From: Promethearchaeota archaeon
GTDB taxonomy: Archaea; Asgardarchaeota; Lokiarchaeia; Sigyniarchaeales; SOKP01
Direction of reading: 5' to 3'
Assembly (NCBI GenBank): GCA_048939995.1
Contig: JBHLOY010000006.1
Span: 1-64,000 of the forward strand
DNA length: 64,000 nt
Position 1 is the first letter of the stretch, and each line of letters starts with the position of its first letter. The position numbers and the translations under genes are program-made. Of the stretch, positions 7,803-17,675 are shown piece after piece. The notes beneath the pieces are model-generated. The model made no database searches, had not been told where the DNA came from, and was given only the letters and a program-made list of their open reading frames with translations.

Positions 7803-10181
7803 ATGGATAAAAAAACTTTATCCGAATTATTAAAAGATAAATTTGGATCAAATTTATACAAAAAAGCAGATGAATTTCCAACTAATAAGATAACTATAAT
7901 TCAATTAGAAGAGAACCCATTACTTATAAAAGCTATTATTTCAGATGAGGATCGCGAATTTCATGTGATAATAGACGAACATAATTATGAAATATATCAT
8001 GATTGCCCTGTATTCTTGATACACACCGAGCTAGATGATAAAGTATGTATCCATTTATTAAAATTATTACTTATTTTAAAGGAAAAGTTATCTTTAAAGA
8101 TTTTAGATGAGATTAAAAAATATAACTTAACTTCTGAAGATTTGGGTTCCAGAAGAAAAAGTGATAACTTTTTAATCTTAGCAAATTCTTGTTTGGAAGA
8201 TAATAATTATGTAGAAGGCTTAAATTATTTAAATAAAGCGATTATCAATCAGAATGGATGCGAGCCAATAATTGAGAAGTATCTCAAAACAGCTCTAGAA
8301 AATAATTTATTCGTCGAATTATTTGAATTCCTAAAAAATTGCTATGAAAATGGTTTATCAGAATATTTAGCCAAATATGATGATTATATTGAAAAAGGTT
8401 TCAAATTGATTTTAGAACAAGTGTCATTGTATTCTTTTTATGACATACTTCGTATTATTGAATTTATAGATAAGATCCTAAAGTATTACAAATTTAATAA
8501 AACCTCATCTTTAACTTCACTAATTGATAGGTTAATAGAAATGACTAAATCGAACGATTTTAATGAGAAATATTGTTCTAACTTTTTTATAATGAAAAAT
8601 ATTGAAGCATTAAGTTCCTTTAGTCCTTCATTTAAGCAAATAAAGACAAGTATGGATAAAGAATTATTTAAAAAAGAGATTCTTGACTACTTTTTAAATG
8701 AAATTGAGAGTTTTTCTGTAATCGAAAAAATTAAGTTAATGAAAAACCAGTTTGAAATATTTAACATTCCCAAAACAGAATATATTGATGCTTATAAAAA
8801 ATATAAAAATGAAATAAGAGAATTAAAGAGAAAAGTTTATTTAAAGAAATTTGCATATTTAAAGCTTCTCATGGATCATCATCGTATAAAAAAAACAAAT
8901 ATTAATTTTAGAAAGAAGAGAAATACTTATATCGTAAGTCATGATAAAAATAATTCTAATATTCCAGTTTATAATTATATTATTAAGCATATTGGCTTTT
9001 ATGGATTAGATGAATCCACAATTAAGTCATCTGAGATTGGAATTAATTATCATATCATGAAAGAATTATTCCTAGATGATCTAACTAATTTTCCTGATGT
9101 TTTTTATTATAAAAATCAATTTTGGGGAGAACAAGAAGAGTACTATATCAATCTTACTGAAGGTTTTTCTTTAATGTCTAAACCAACCAATAGTTATGAA
9201 ACCTTTCAAGCTTTTTTAAATACAAATGAGATAATCATAATTGAATGGGACTTAGCGAGTAAACCTCAACATACTAATATTGTAAATGCATATGGATCGC
9301 AAGTCATAATTCCCGATCAAAACAATCCCTTATTTCATGATTTAAAGCCTTTCGATCTATGTTATTGTCAGAAAAATCCCGCTAAAATTGAGGGCAATAT
9401 TATTAAAACTATAAATATAATAACAAAATGCTCAATAAAAGATGCAATTAATAGTGTCTCCAAAGGTATGGAATTTATTGAAGGTTACTATCCTCTATCT
9501 GTTGTAAATTTAGTTCTAAAGAAAAAAATCACCCCTTTTGAAGCTGATATAATTGTATCTAATAACCCTAATAAATCATTTGTCCCAAATTATAATCAGT
9601 TTATAAAGGCTTTCAGACAATTTCTATTTAATTTCATCAATCAAGAAAGAGATTATATTTTTAATCAATTAAAATTAAATCCAGAGGAAAGAACTAATCA
9701 AATCTTATCTTTATTAAATTTAACAACAGAATTGGCAGGTTTGGACATAAATTATACTGAAATTATTAAAAAATTATTGTTGGAAGATCTTTCTCTTAAG
9801 AAATTTAAAGTAGAGTTTTTAGAAAAAATTCATTCTTTCATAAAAAAGAAATTAAATCAAAAAGAAGTTGGTGCAACTGACTTATTTAATTTAAAAAAAA
9901 TGAGAAATACTTCTTTTATGAAATATTCAGATGAAATCGTAAAGATAAGAAAAGAGGAATTGGAAAATTCAAAAATATATAAATCATTTAAGGAAGGAAT
10001 TATGCAGTATGACATTTCAAATCTTAAAAAAACCTATTATGGTAGAAAATTCGTTAAAATCTTGAATATAGCGAATAAAGATCTTGTGAATCAGGATCTT
10101 TTGAATAAGATAGAAAGATTTGCTAAAAAATTAAACTTAAAATTGTCTATTTTCAACCTTAACCACATTTCAGAAAAGTAG
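7803..10181 (+). CDS. Large helical protein with N-terminal SWIM-like zinc finger
   Basis: HDC-x14-CIH motif (YHDCPVFLIHTELDDKVCIHLLKLLL); 4 bp after the vWA gene. Confidence 0.6.
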   Translation: MDKKTLSELLKDKFGSNLYKKADEFPTNKITIIQLEENPLLIKAIISDEDREFHVIIDEHNYEIYHDCPVFLIHTELDDKVCIHLLKLLLILKEKLSLKILDEIKKYNLTSEDLGSRRKSDNFLILANSCLEDNNYVEGLNYLNKAIINQNGCEPIIEKYLKTALENNLFVELFEFLKNCYENGLSEYLAKYDDYIEKGFKLILEQVSLYSFYDILRIIEFIDKILKYYKFNKTSSLTSLIDRLIEMTKSNDFNEKYCSNFFIMKNIEALSSFSPSFKQIKTSMDKELFKKEILDYFLNEIESFSVIEKIKLMKNQFEIFNIPKTEYIDAYKKYKNEIRELKRKVYLKKFAYLKLLMDHHRIKKTNINFRKKRNTYIVSHDKNNSNIPVYNYIIKHIGFYGLDESTIKSSEIGINYHIMKELFLDDLTNFPDVFYYKNQFWGEQEEYYINLTEGFSLMSKPTNSYETFQAFLNTNEIIIIEWDLASKPQHTNIVNAYGSQVIIPDQNNPLFHDLKPFDLCYCQKNPAKIEGNIIKTINIITKCSIKDAINSVSKGMEFIEGYYPLSVVNLVLKKKITPFEADIIVSNNPNKSFVPNYNQFIKAFRQFLFNFINQERDYIFNQLKLNPEERTNQILSLLNLTTELAGLDINYTEIIKKLLLEDLSLKKFKVEFLEKIHSFIKKKLNQKEVGATDLFNLKKMRNTSFMKYSDEIVKIRKEELENSKIYKSFKEGIMQYDISNLKKTYYGRKFVKILNIANKDLVNQDLLNKIERFAKKLNLKLSIFNLNHISEK

Positions 10182-10199
10182 TTTAAATTAATTGATTAA

Positions 10200-10385
10200 A
10201 ATATCTTAATATTCTTCCCTTTCATTTATGATATAAACATTGAAAACTCAAAAATTTCAATAAAGTTTCTATCCTATGAGGATAAAGGTATTGAAATTGG
10301 TCGCAATGGAGCGTATATAAAAGCTATAAATCAATTTCAATATTGCAATTTGATAATAAAAATTGAATGTAGTTTGAATACGTAA
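10200..10385 (+). pseudogene. Start-less remnant of a KH-domain (NusA-like) gene
   Basis: Stop-to-stop frame without ATG reads ...ISIKFLSYEDKGIEIGRNGAYIKAINQF..., a KH-type IGxxG loop between helices. Confidence 0.5.
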
Positions 10386-10501
10386 AAATAGTCTCTATTA
10401 ACTTTTCTATATTTATGTATAAATCATCACACTCTATTCTTTTTATTGAAAGATATATGCTAAATTGAATTACAACATTCAATATTCAAAAAAAATAGAA
10501 A

Positions 10502-11260
10502 ATGACCATTAAAGAACAAACGCTTATTGATAGAAATAAGAATAAGAACCATCTATCTAACATAGAAAAAATTTTAGTTGATTCTGCCTATAATTCAAAA
10601 AATTTTGACAAAACCCCTCCAATAGTAGGCATTGTACTTGCAGACCAATATGGGAACACCCTTATGATACTTGAATATGATTCAAAAGAAAATTATAGAC
10701 CTATTAAAACTTTCATTACTCAAGAAACTTCATTTCTTGAAGTTGATCTCATTTCAATGTATTTTAGTTCATTTAAAGTTTTTGCCACTCAGACGAATAT
10801 CCAGAATTTATCTCATTTAGAGATTTATGGTTCAAATCTCAAGATTCAAATTCATTTCTTGTTTGATAACTACATGATAATTCTTTTTCTTAATTCTAAT
10901 ACAAATTTAAACTCAGTTGATAAGGAACAGATTATGAAGTACTTTAAAAAAATCTTAATCATACATAAATTTGAATTTCTTAACTTTAATGCCTCAAGTT
11001 CTCTAAAAGTTATAAGAACTCTAGAGAGAAAAGGTAAAAAGTGGCTTGAAAATCTAAATCGCGCTTATACACAGACTTATAAAAATTTGTATTTTAGAAA
11101 ACATCAAATTATTGAAAAATTTATTAGGACTTTAGGTCCAATAATAGAAAGAGAATTAATTGAATATTTAGAAAATATTCCTGAGGAAACCTTAGATAAT
11201 CTATCAAAAGAAATTAAGAATAAAATTCAAGATCAATTATTTGAATTTTCTTTCAAATGA
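10502..11260 (+). CDS. Hypothetical protein, possible longin/roadblock-like domain
   Basis: 252 aa; IVGIVLADQYGNTL hairpin, helix, then beta strands, suggestive of a profilin-like fold. Confidence 0.45.
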   Translation: MTIKEQTLIDRNKNKNHLSNIEKILVDSAYNSKNFDKTPPIVGIVLADQYGNTLMILEYDSKENYRPIKTFITQETSFLEVDLISMYFSSFKVFATQTNIQNLSHLEIYGSNLKIQIHFLFDNYMIILFLNSNTNLNSVDKEQIMKYFKKILIIHKFEFLNFNASSSLKVIRTLERKGKKWLENLNRAYTQTYKNLYFRKHQIIEKFIRTLGPIIERELIEYLENIPEETLDNLSKEIKNKIQDQLFEFSFK

Positions 11261-11341
11261 AAAAAAATTGCATCATTGATTATTTTTATATTAAAGAGAT
11301 AATTCTAATAGATATAAATCTTAATTAGTAGATGTTGTAAT

Positions 11342-12619
11342 ATGGAGAAAAAGAAATTTCATCACCCTTCAAAGGATATTATTGAAACAAAAGGCACAAT
11401 TCTAAGAGGAAAAACGATATGTATGTGTTTAACTGGTTCGGTTGCCATCATAAATGCTCCAATAATAGCAAGAGAGTTAATGCGATTAGGTGCTGAAGTA
11501 ATTTCTGTTTTATCTAAATCAGCAACCGAATTAATAAATCCCTCATTAATGCATTGGGCAACAGGCAATCCCACTATTACTAAACTAACCGGTAAAGTAG
11601 AGCATGTGCTCTTAGCGGGTTATAGACCAAATGCGGTAGGAAAAGCAGATTTAGTATTAGTATGTCCTGCTACTGCTAACACAATTTCGAAAATAGCCAA
11701 TGGAATAGATGATACTCCTGTAACAACAGTTGTATCAACAGCCTTAGGATCTTCAATACCAATTGTAATTGTACCAGCGATGCATGAAAGTATGTTTCAT
11801 CCAATTATAGAAAAAAACATAATTAAACTAAAAAAATACGGTATAGACATACTTGGTCCAAGAATCTCTGAAGGGAAGGCTAAAATTGCAAAGTTAGATG
11901 ATATTATTGATCGCGTTATTGATTTATTGGTAGCCAAAAAGGATTTTGAAGGTATTAAAGTGTTAATTACTGCTGGGCCAACAAGAGAACCAATAGATAA
12001 AGTAAGGTTTGTATCAAATAGATCATCGGGGCGAATGGGTATTGAGTTGGCTAAAGAAGCTGCCGCAAGGGGTGCTGATGTATTATTAATTGCAGGGGAA
12101 TGTATGGTAAAAATTCCTGAATATATAACAACCTTAAACGTAGAAACCACAGATGATTTTATCAGTGCTGTGAAAAGCGAACTATCATCTAAAGATTATA
12201 ATATTTTCATATCAGCGGCAGCAATTAGTGACTATAAACCCATTGAACGAATTGAAGGAAAAATTTCTTCGGATGAGGTTAAGGAATTACAAGTGAATAT
12301 GAGGTTGACTCCAAAAATAATTGATGAAGCTAGGAGAAAAAACTATAAAGTTTATATTATAGGATTTAAGGCAGAAACTAATGTATCAAGAAGTCAATTA
12401 ATTGAAAGAGCTTATAATAGATTATTAAAATCCGAGATTGAATTAATTGTGGCAAATGATATCGGTAGAGACGATATTGGATTTGGTAGCAAAGATAATG
12501 AAGTATATATCATTGATAAAGAAAAACATATTACCCATGTTGAAAAATCTACTAAAAGATATGTCGCTTCAAGAATTTTGGATGTTGCTATTGAAAATTA
12601 TCATAAAATGCATATCTAA
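11342..12619 (+). CDS. coaBC: Bifunctional phosphopantothenoylcysteine decarboxylase/synthetase
   Basis: TGSVA, PATANTISKIANGIDD, PAMHESM, TAGPTREPIDKVRFVSNRSSGRMG, AAISDY, GFKAET, VANDI. Confidence 0.96.
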   Translation: MEKKKFHHPSKDIIETKGTILRGKTICMCLTGSVAIINAPIIARELMRLGAEVISVLSKSATELINPSLMHWATGNPTITKLTGKVEHVLLAGYRPNAVGKADLVLVCPATANTISKIANGIDDTPVTTVVSTALGSSIPIVIVPAMHESMFHPIIEKNIIKLKKYGIDILGPRISEGKAKIAKLDDIIDRVIDLLVAKKDFEGIKVLITAGPTREPIDKVRFVSNRSSGRMGIELAKEAAARGADVLLIAGECMVKIPEYITTLNVETTDDFISAVKSELSSKDYNIFISAAAISDYKPIERIEGKISSDEVKELQVNMRLTPKIIDEARRKNYKVYIIGFKAETNVSRSQLIERAYNRLLKSEIELIVANDIGRDDIGFGSKDNEVYIIDKEKHITHVEKSTKRYVASRILDVAIENYHKMHI

Positions 12620-12729
12620 TCTTTAAATTTCTTTTTCGTTTTTTTGATCTATTCATAAAAATATTTAAATAGTAATTCAATTACTTTTCAAAATGAAAGA
12701 AAAAATAGATGTTAAATAGATAACCGGGA

Positions 12730-12750
12730 TTATTAGATAAACTCTAATAA
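12730..12750. promoter_or_regulatory. Perfect inverted repeat TTATTAGA-N5-TCTAATAA upstream of top6B
   Basis: Seen directly; extendable imperfectly to 12721..12761; TATA-like sequence follows. Confidence 0.35.
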
Positions 12751-12838
12751 CCTTGGGGTTAAATATTATTATTTTCTTATATATAACAAATGTGTAAGTA
12801 TATATATAAGATTTCTATATTCATTTATTGAAAATTAA

Positions 12839-15800
12839 GTGGTGAAGGAAAAGGTGAGTTCTGAAGAGGATGGGAGAATAACTCAAGGAACTATTGCTCA
12901 GTTCATGCGTAAACGAACGCAATTAGTTGGATTCGAATTTGGGTACTGGAAGCATACACAATATATAGCTGAATTTTTAGATAACGCATTAGACGCAATT
13001 GAAACATTCCAATGGAGTGAATTGGATACAGATGATTCTAAAATCAAATTTTCTTTAGATCAAGAACTATCTTTAGAAAACCTTTCAATTATTCAGGAAA
13101 TAAGAGAAGATGAAAAAATTCAGCCATTAAATAACGAGGCAAAACAAGCATTAATGCAAGAGATTGGGGTTAACCAATTAAAATTAGCTGAAGAAACTGA
13201 GCACTCTATCGCGGACAAGGAAGAAACATCTGGAGAAATTGCTGATAAAGCTCAATTGGAAGTTGAAGAAGAAGTTAGAAGAGTCATAGTTGACATGAAT
13301 GAAATCATAAAACCAGTTACGAATATTGTCGATATTGAACCAATTGTGTTAATTCGCTTAAGGGAATATGAGGCTCCCTCTTTTTTAACTTCTGAATTAA
13401 GTCAGAAAAATGTAATGAATTATACTTTCGAGATTTTTGATAATGGAATAGGTATGGGTAAGGCAGATTTACGAAAATTCGGAAAGTATTTAGCGTCTTC
13501 TAAAAGTGTTGAGTTAAAACAAACTAGAGGAAGTCAAGGTTTTGGAGCGCCTAGTGCTTTTAGCGATGCCCAAAATACGACCGGAAAACCAATTATTGCG
13601 GTATCGAAAACGTCAGATATGATCTATAGTACAGTCTCCGAATTTTTTACAACATCTAAAAATGAGAAAAAGTATTTAGTTCACCCAACAGAGGTGGATA
13701 GTCCTTTCCTTCATGGAACATATATCAAATTAAATTATTTAAATGTCAAATATGTTAGAGGGTATGTTGATACTTATATCAAAGAAACAGCATTAATGAA
13801 TCCTCATGTAACAATAATTTTCATTGATCCTTATGGAGAAGAATTTATATATCGAAGATTGGTATCATCCTTCCCGAGAGAACCCAAATATGCTAAACCG
13901 CACCCATCCTCAACTAATATCGGAGATTTGCAAGATTTACTATCAAAGTCAGAAAATTTAACAGTTTCCGCTTTTTTACAGGAAAATTTTGTTAGAGTAA
14001 GTTCCAGAACAGCAAAAGAGATTATTGCCATTGCTGAAGCAGACCTACAAGAAAAATTAAATCTATTTATTCTTAAAGATGGATATCTTAAAAAGACAAC
14101 AAAAGATTCCGCAATATTTTATCTCAAGTTTGAAAAAAAAATTTACGGAAAATCAACTAAGCTAAGGGATAAATTAATTATTTATCAAATAGAATCCGAG
14201 AAACTCAAAGAAAGTTATTTTTCTAAGATCACAGAATATGACAAACTTAATAAAGATCTTGAGAAAATTGAAAAAGAAATTAAGAAATATAATAATGAAA
14301 TTGAAAAAAGTGACACCAAAAAAGACATTAAAACAATTGAGTCAAAAATTTCTAAACTATTAAAAGATGTAAATATTGCTACCGAAGAAAAGGAAAAGAT
14401 TAAATCAAAATTAGATCAAATTATACAAACTAATACCGATGGTTTAGTAGAAGTAAAAAAAATACCAAATAGGACTGAATTGGAGGATCTAATAAGAGAA
14501 GTAAATTTATCAAAGAAGAAACCTTCAGAGTTGACAACAGAGCAATTCAATTCTTTATTCCACGCTTTCAAATCTGTTAAATATATGGCCCCTCCAACCG
14601 ATACGGCAATTCCTGTTGGTGAACAGGTTCTAGAAAATACACTAATAAAAGAAATTGGTTTGAAAGTGTCTGAGAATATTGATGATTTTGAAGATCCAAC
14701 TGAGACTATTAATCAATTATTCTATGAAGTATCACAAGCTAAAAAAAGAGCTAAAATTAAAGAAAATTCTTCTGGAACTGATGAAATATTAAAGAATATT
14801 ACAGTTAGTGAGCAAGAATTAATCGATCTTAATTCCCAGATACTAACAAACTTGGTTGTTCAAAATGAAATTGATTTAGCTCAATCAACTATTATTGGTT
14901 TAGAAGATGACACAAATACGAATTATCAAGATGTGTTTGAGTTTTTTATTGAAAACTACACTAAAGATGACGATTTTGTGTCTGCTGAAACAAGATCTCC
15001 TACAAGTGGAAAAGGTTTAGCATATGTTGTTGAAGCAGGATTAGCTTATTGTAATGATCCCACTAAACTTGAAACTCCTAAGAGATCTAGAGATGTACTT
15101 TCTAGATTTGTAAATAGAACCCCAAAATTAAGAGACAGTGCAGATTGTGCTATAACAAAAGCAGTTCAATCAGTAAATTGGAAAAATTATAAATTAGATA
15201 CTTATGATAATAACCTTCCAAAGGGACCTATTAAATTAATAATCAATGTATCTGGTCCTTATGTCCATCTGATGTTTAAATCTCAGTCAAAAAATGCTTT
15301 AGCAGATGATGAGGATTTAATCAAAGAAATAAAGTATTGTCTTGAGGCAATTGGAAGGAGATTAAGGATATATCTTAATAGAAAGCATGCTATTCATAAA
15401 AAGGAAAAAAGAGCAAGTTTAATCGAGAAGTATATTCCTCAATTTGTTGAAAGTCTTTACAATATTAGTACTAAAGGGGAGACTAAGTATAAAAGTCAAT
15501 TGAATAAGGAAGATTTAATAGATTTAATGAAGAATGCTATTGGAGTAAAACCAAAAATATCCACACCTATAAAGGATATAAAACTCCCAGAAGAAACTAA
15601 AATATCAAAGGTTCAAGAAATAGAGAAAATTAAAGAAGTACCTCTTCCAGTTGATTCTTCGAAAGATATAGAAACAGAAGAACAAAAAGAAATGATAAGT
15701 AAACCTAAAACTTCAGTAGTAGTTAAAACTCAAAAAGTAGATAAGAAAACGGCAGAAGATAAAAAACAGGAATTACCAATAATAACAACAGAAAAGATAT

Positions 15801-15973
15801 TAAAAGCAATGTCTAATGAGGATTGGCAACCAATAACTCATCTTATTTTTAAATTAAAAATTCAAGATATGATGGATGCTCGTTTCTTACAGCTTAAAAT
15901 GAAAGAGTTAGTGAGGAAAGAGCTGGTGGAAGAAAAAATAATTAAAACTAAAAAAAATTGGAAATTAAAGTGA
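12839..15973 (+). CDS. top6B: DNA topoisomerase VI subunit B with large insertions and C-terminal extension
   Basis: GHKL motifs EFLDNALDA, DNGIG, RGSQGFG, HGT; TALMNPH, AKPHP, RFVNRTP, VNWKNY transducer motifs; adjacent to top6A. Confidence 0.93.
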   Translation: MVKEKVSSEEDGRITQGTIAQFMRKRTQLVGFEFGYWKHTQYIAEFLDNALDAIETFQWSELDTDDSKIKFSLDQELSLENLSIIQEIREDEKIQPLNNEAKQALMQEIGVNQLKLAEETEHSIADKEETSGEIADKAQLEVEEEVRRVIVDMNEIIKPVTNIVDIEPIVLIRLREYEAPSFLTSELSQKNVMNYTFEIFDNGIGMGKADLRKFGKYLASSKSVELKQTRGSQGFGAPSAFSDAQNTTGKPIIAVSKTSDMIYSTVSEFFTTSKNEKKYLVHPTEVDSPFLHGTYIKLNYLNVKYVRGYVDTYIKETALMNPHVTIIFIDPYGEEFIYRRLVSSFPREPKYAKPHPSSTNIGDLQDLLSKSENLTVSAFLQENFVRVSSRTAKEIIAIAEADLQEKLNLFILKDGYLKKTTKDSAIFYLKFEKKIYGKSTKLRDKLIIYQIESEKLKESYFSKITEYDKLNKDLEKIEKEIKKYNNEIEKSDTKKDIKTIESKISKLLKDVNIATEEKEKIKSKLDQIIQTNTDGLVEVKKIPNRTELEDLIREVNLSKKKPSELTTEQFNSLFHAFKSVKYMAPPTDTAIPVGEQVLENTLIKEIGLKVSENIDDFEDPTETINQLFYEVSQAKKRAKIKENSSGTDEILKNITVSEQELIDLNSQILTNLVVQNEIDLAQSTIIGLEDDTNTNYQDVFEFFIENYTKDDDFVSAETRSPTSGKGLAYVVEAGLAYCNDPTKLETPKRSRDVLSRFVNRTPKLRDSADCAITKAVQSVNWKNYKLDTYDNNLPKGPIKLIINVSGPYVHLMFKSQSKNALADDEDLIKEIKYCLEAIGRRLRIYLNRKHAIHKKEKRASLIEKYIPQFVESLYNISTKGETKYKSQLNKEDLIDLMKNAIGVKPKISTPIKDIKLPEETKISKVQEIEKIKEVPLPVDSSKDIETEEQKEMISKPKTSVVVKTQKVDKKTAEDKKQELPIITTEKILKAMSNEDWQPITHLIFKLKIQDMMDARFLQLKMKELVRKELVEEKIIKTKKNWKLK

Positions 15974-15980
15974 TTTTAAA

Positions 15981-17159
15981 GTGTCAAAAAAAAGAGATTA
16001 CGATTTAAAAGCTACTAAACAATTATATTATGATTATTTAGAGAGCGGTAAACAGATTAAAGAATTTACACAACCTGAAGCTACAATTAAAATTGAAGAT
16101 CTCAGCAGAAAGAAAATTCTTAACAGAATCTATAGATTAGTAGATAACATTATTGAACAAATCTATAAGTCTGGCAGACCTTCAATTGAATTACCTTCTA
16201 GATCATCATCAAATATAATCTGGGATGAGGATAATGATTTGTTATTACTTGGTAAACAAATTATGGAAAAACAATTTCACTCACTCACTAGCGTCGCTGA
16301 TATTACGCGTTTAATGAGAGTCCTTGAAGTTGTAAACGAATTATTAAACGAAGATATTCATGCAACAAAAAGAGAGGTATTTTACACGGATGTCAATTTA
16401 TTTGCTGAGCAAAAAAATAGTGATAAGAGCATTGAGGATGTTTCAACTATGCTATATACTTCTAGAAATTCTACCCATATCGTTGCTGCTCCAAGAGGTT
16501 CATGTGTAGGCAGGTTAAGGATTAGAGATAGGACGGATATTATAGATCTTGAAGCACAAGGAAGTGGAGGATGGACAATATCACCTTTTTTAGATCAAAT
16601 TGAAATTATCGAATCTGATGCTGAATTTATTTTAGTTATTGAAAAAAATGCTGCTATGATGAGGCTTGCTGAGGATAGATTTTGGCGAAAATATCCTTGC
16701 ATTCTATTAACTGCTCAGGGTGTAGGAAATGTTGCGACGCGTATGTTTTTAAAGAGATTAAATAAAGAATTGAATCTCCCAACCTTTACTCTAGTTGATA
16801 GTGATCCTTATGGACACTATATTCATTCAGTCTATTTAAGAGGTTCAAAAAGGTTAAGCTATGAGTCACCCTTTCTGGCAACTCCAAACATTAAACTATT
16901 AGGAGTTTTAACCAGAGATTTAGATAAATACCAAATTCCTAAGGCTGCGAGAATCAAAATGAATAAACAAGACGAAAAACGGACAAAAGATTTGTTAAAT
17001 GAGGATTTTGTAAAAAAAAACAAGGCATGGGAAGCAGATTTAAAACTTGCCCTCAAATTAAGAGAAAAAGCAGAAATTCAAGCTTTTGCAACTCATGGTT
17101 TTAAATTTCTAACAGATGAATATCTACCAGAAAAATTAACCACAGGTGATTGGATATGA
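15981..17159 (+). CDS. top6A: DNA topoisomerase VI subunit A (Spo11 family)
   Basis: TKREVFY catalytic Tyr, TOPRIM VIEK and DSDPYG, KAEIQA. Confidence 0.96.
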   Translation: MSKKRDYDLKATKQLYYDYLESGKQIKEFTQPEATIKIEDLSRKKILNRIYRLVDNIIEQIYKSGRPSIELPSRSSSNIIWDEDNDLLLLGKQIMEKQFHSLTSVADITRLMRVLEVVNELLNEDIHATKREVFYTDVNLFAEQKNSDKSIEDVSTMLYTSRNSTHIVAAPRGSCVGRLRIRDRTDIIDLEAQGSGGWTISPFLDQIEIIESDAEFILVIEKNAAMMRLAEDRFWRKYPCILLTAQGVGNVATRMFLKRLNKELNLPTFTLVDSDPYGHYIHSVYLRGSKRLSYESPFLATPNIKLLGVLTRDLDKYQIPKAARIKMNKQDEKRTKDLLNEDFVKKNKAWEADLKLALKLREKAEIQAFATHGFKFLTDEYLPEKLTTGDWI

Positions 17160-17674
17160 GATTATTTCATAAGAAAGATGGTGGAGTAATTCAATTAATT
17201 GATAAAGAACAAATGAATGATTGGCCAGTAGAATTGCCCCTTATATTTATTGAATATATTCGTGAAAAAAAATTAGACACTTATGAAGACAAAATTGTTA
17301 GAAAAGAGGTAGAAGATTATCTTAATGAAATTATGAAAGATATCGCAATTCCGCGATTAATCAGTGTAATAGAAAGTGAAAATACGGAAGAAATAATCCT
17401 CGCTCTTACCCGTATCGAAGATATCGCAAAAAAAAATATTGAAATGGTTAAACCTATTCAGAAATATCTTACTAATCTCCAAAAGAGTAAAAATAAAAAA
17501 GTTACAGCTATATCAGAAAGCATTTCGGAAATGTTTGTGAAAGCTGAAAGAAGAAAAGAATTATCAAAAAAAAGAAAAATTATGCTGCAAAAGGAAAAAG
17601 AATTTTTAGCGGGAAAAATTAATGGAGAAGAATATGCAAAATTTAGAAAAGAATATCTACTTTTAAAAGAATAA
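17156..17674 (+). CDS. Hypothetical helical protein translationally coupled to top6A
   Basis: ATG at 17156 overlaps top6A stop (ATGA); charged helical sequence. Confidence 0.75.
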   Translation: MRLFHKKDGGVIQLIDKEQMNDWPVELPLIFIEYIREKKLDTYEDKIVRKEVEDYLNEIMKDIAIPRLISVIESENTEEIILALTRIEDIAKKNIEMVKPIQKYLTNLQKSKNKKVTAISESISEMFVKAERRKELSKKRKIMLQKEKEFLAGKINGEEYAKFRKEYLLLKE

Positions 17675-17675
17675 A

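Noticed and set aside
13007-14970. Inteins as the explanation for the long Top6B
   Set aside because: No intein terminal motifs (His-Asn before Cys/Ser/Thr) or LAGLIDADG motifs seen; inserts are acidic or coiled-coil
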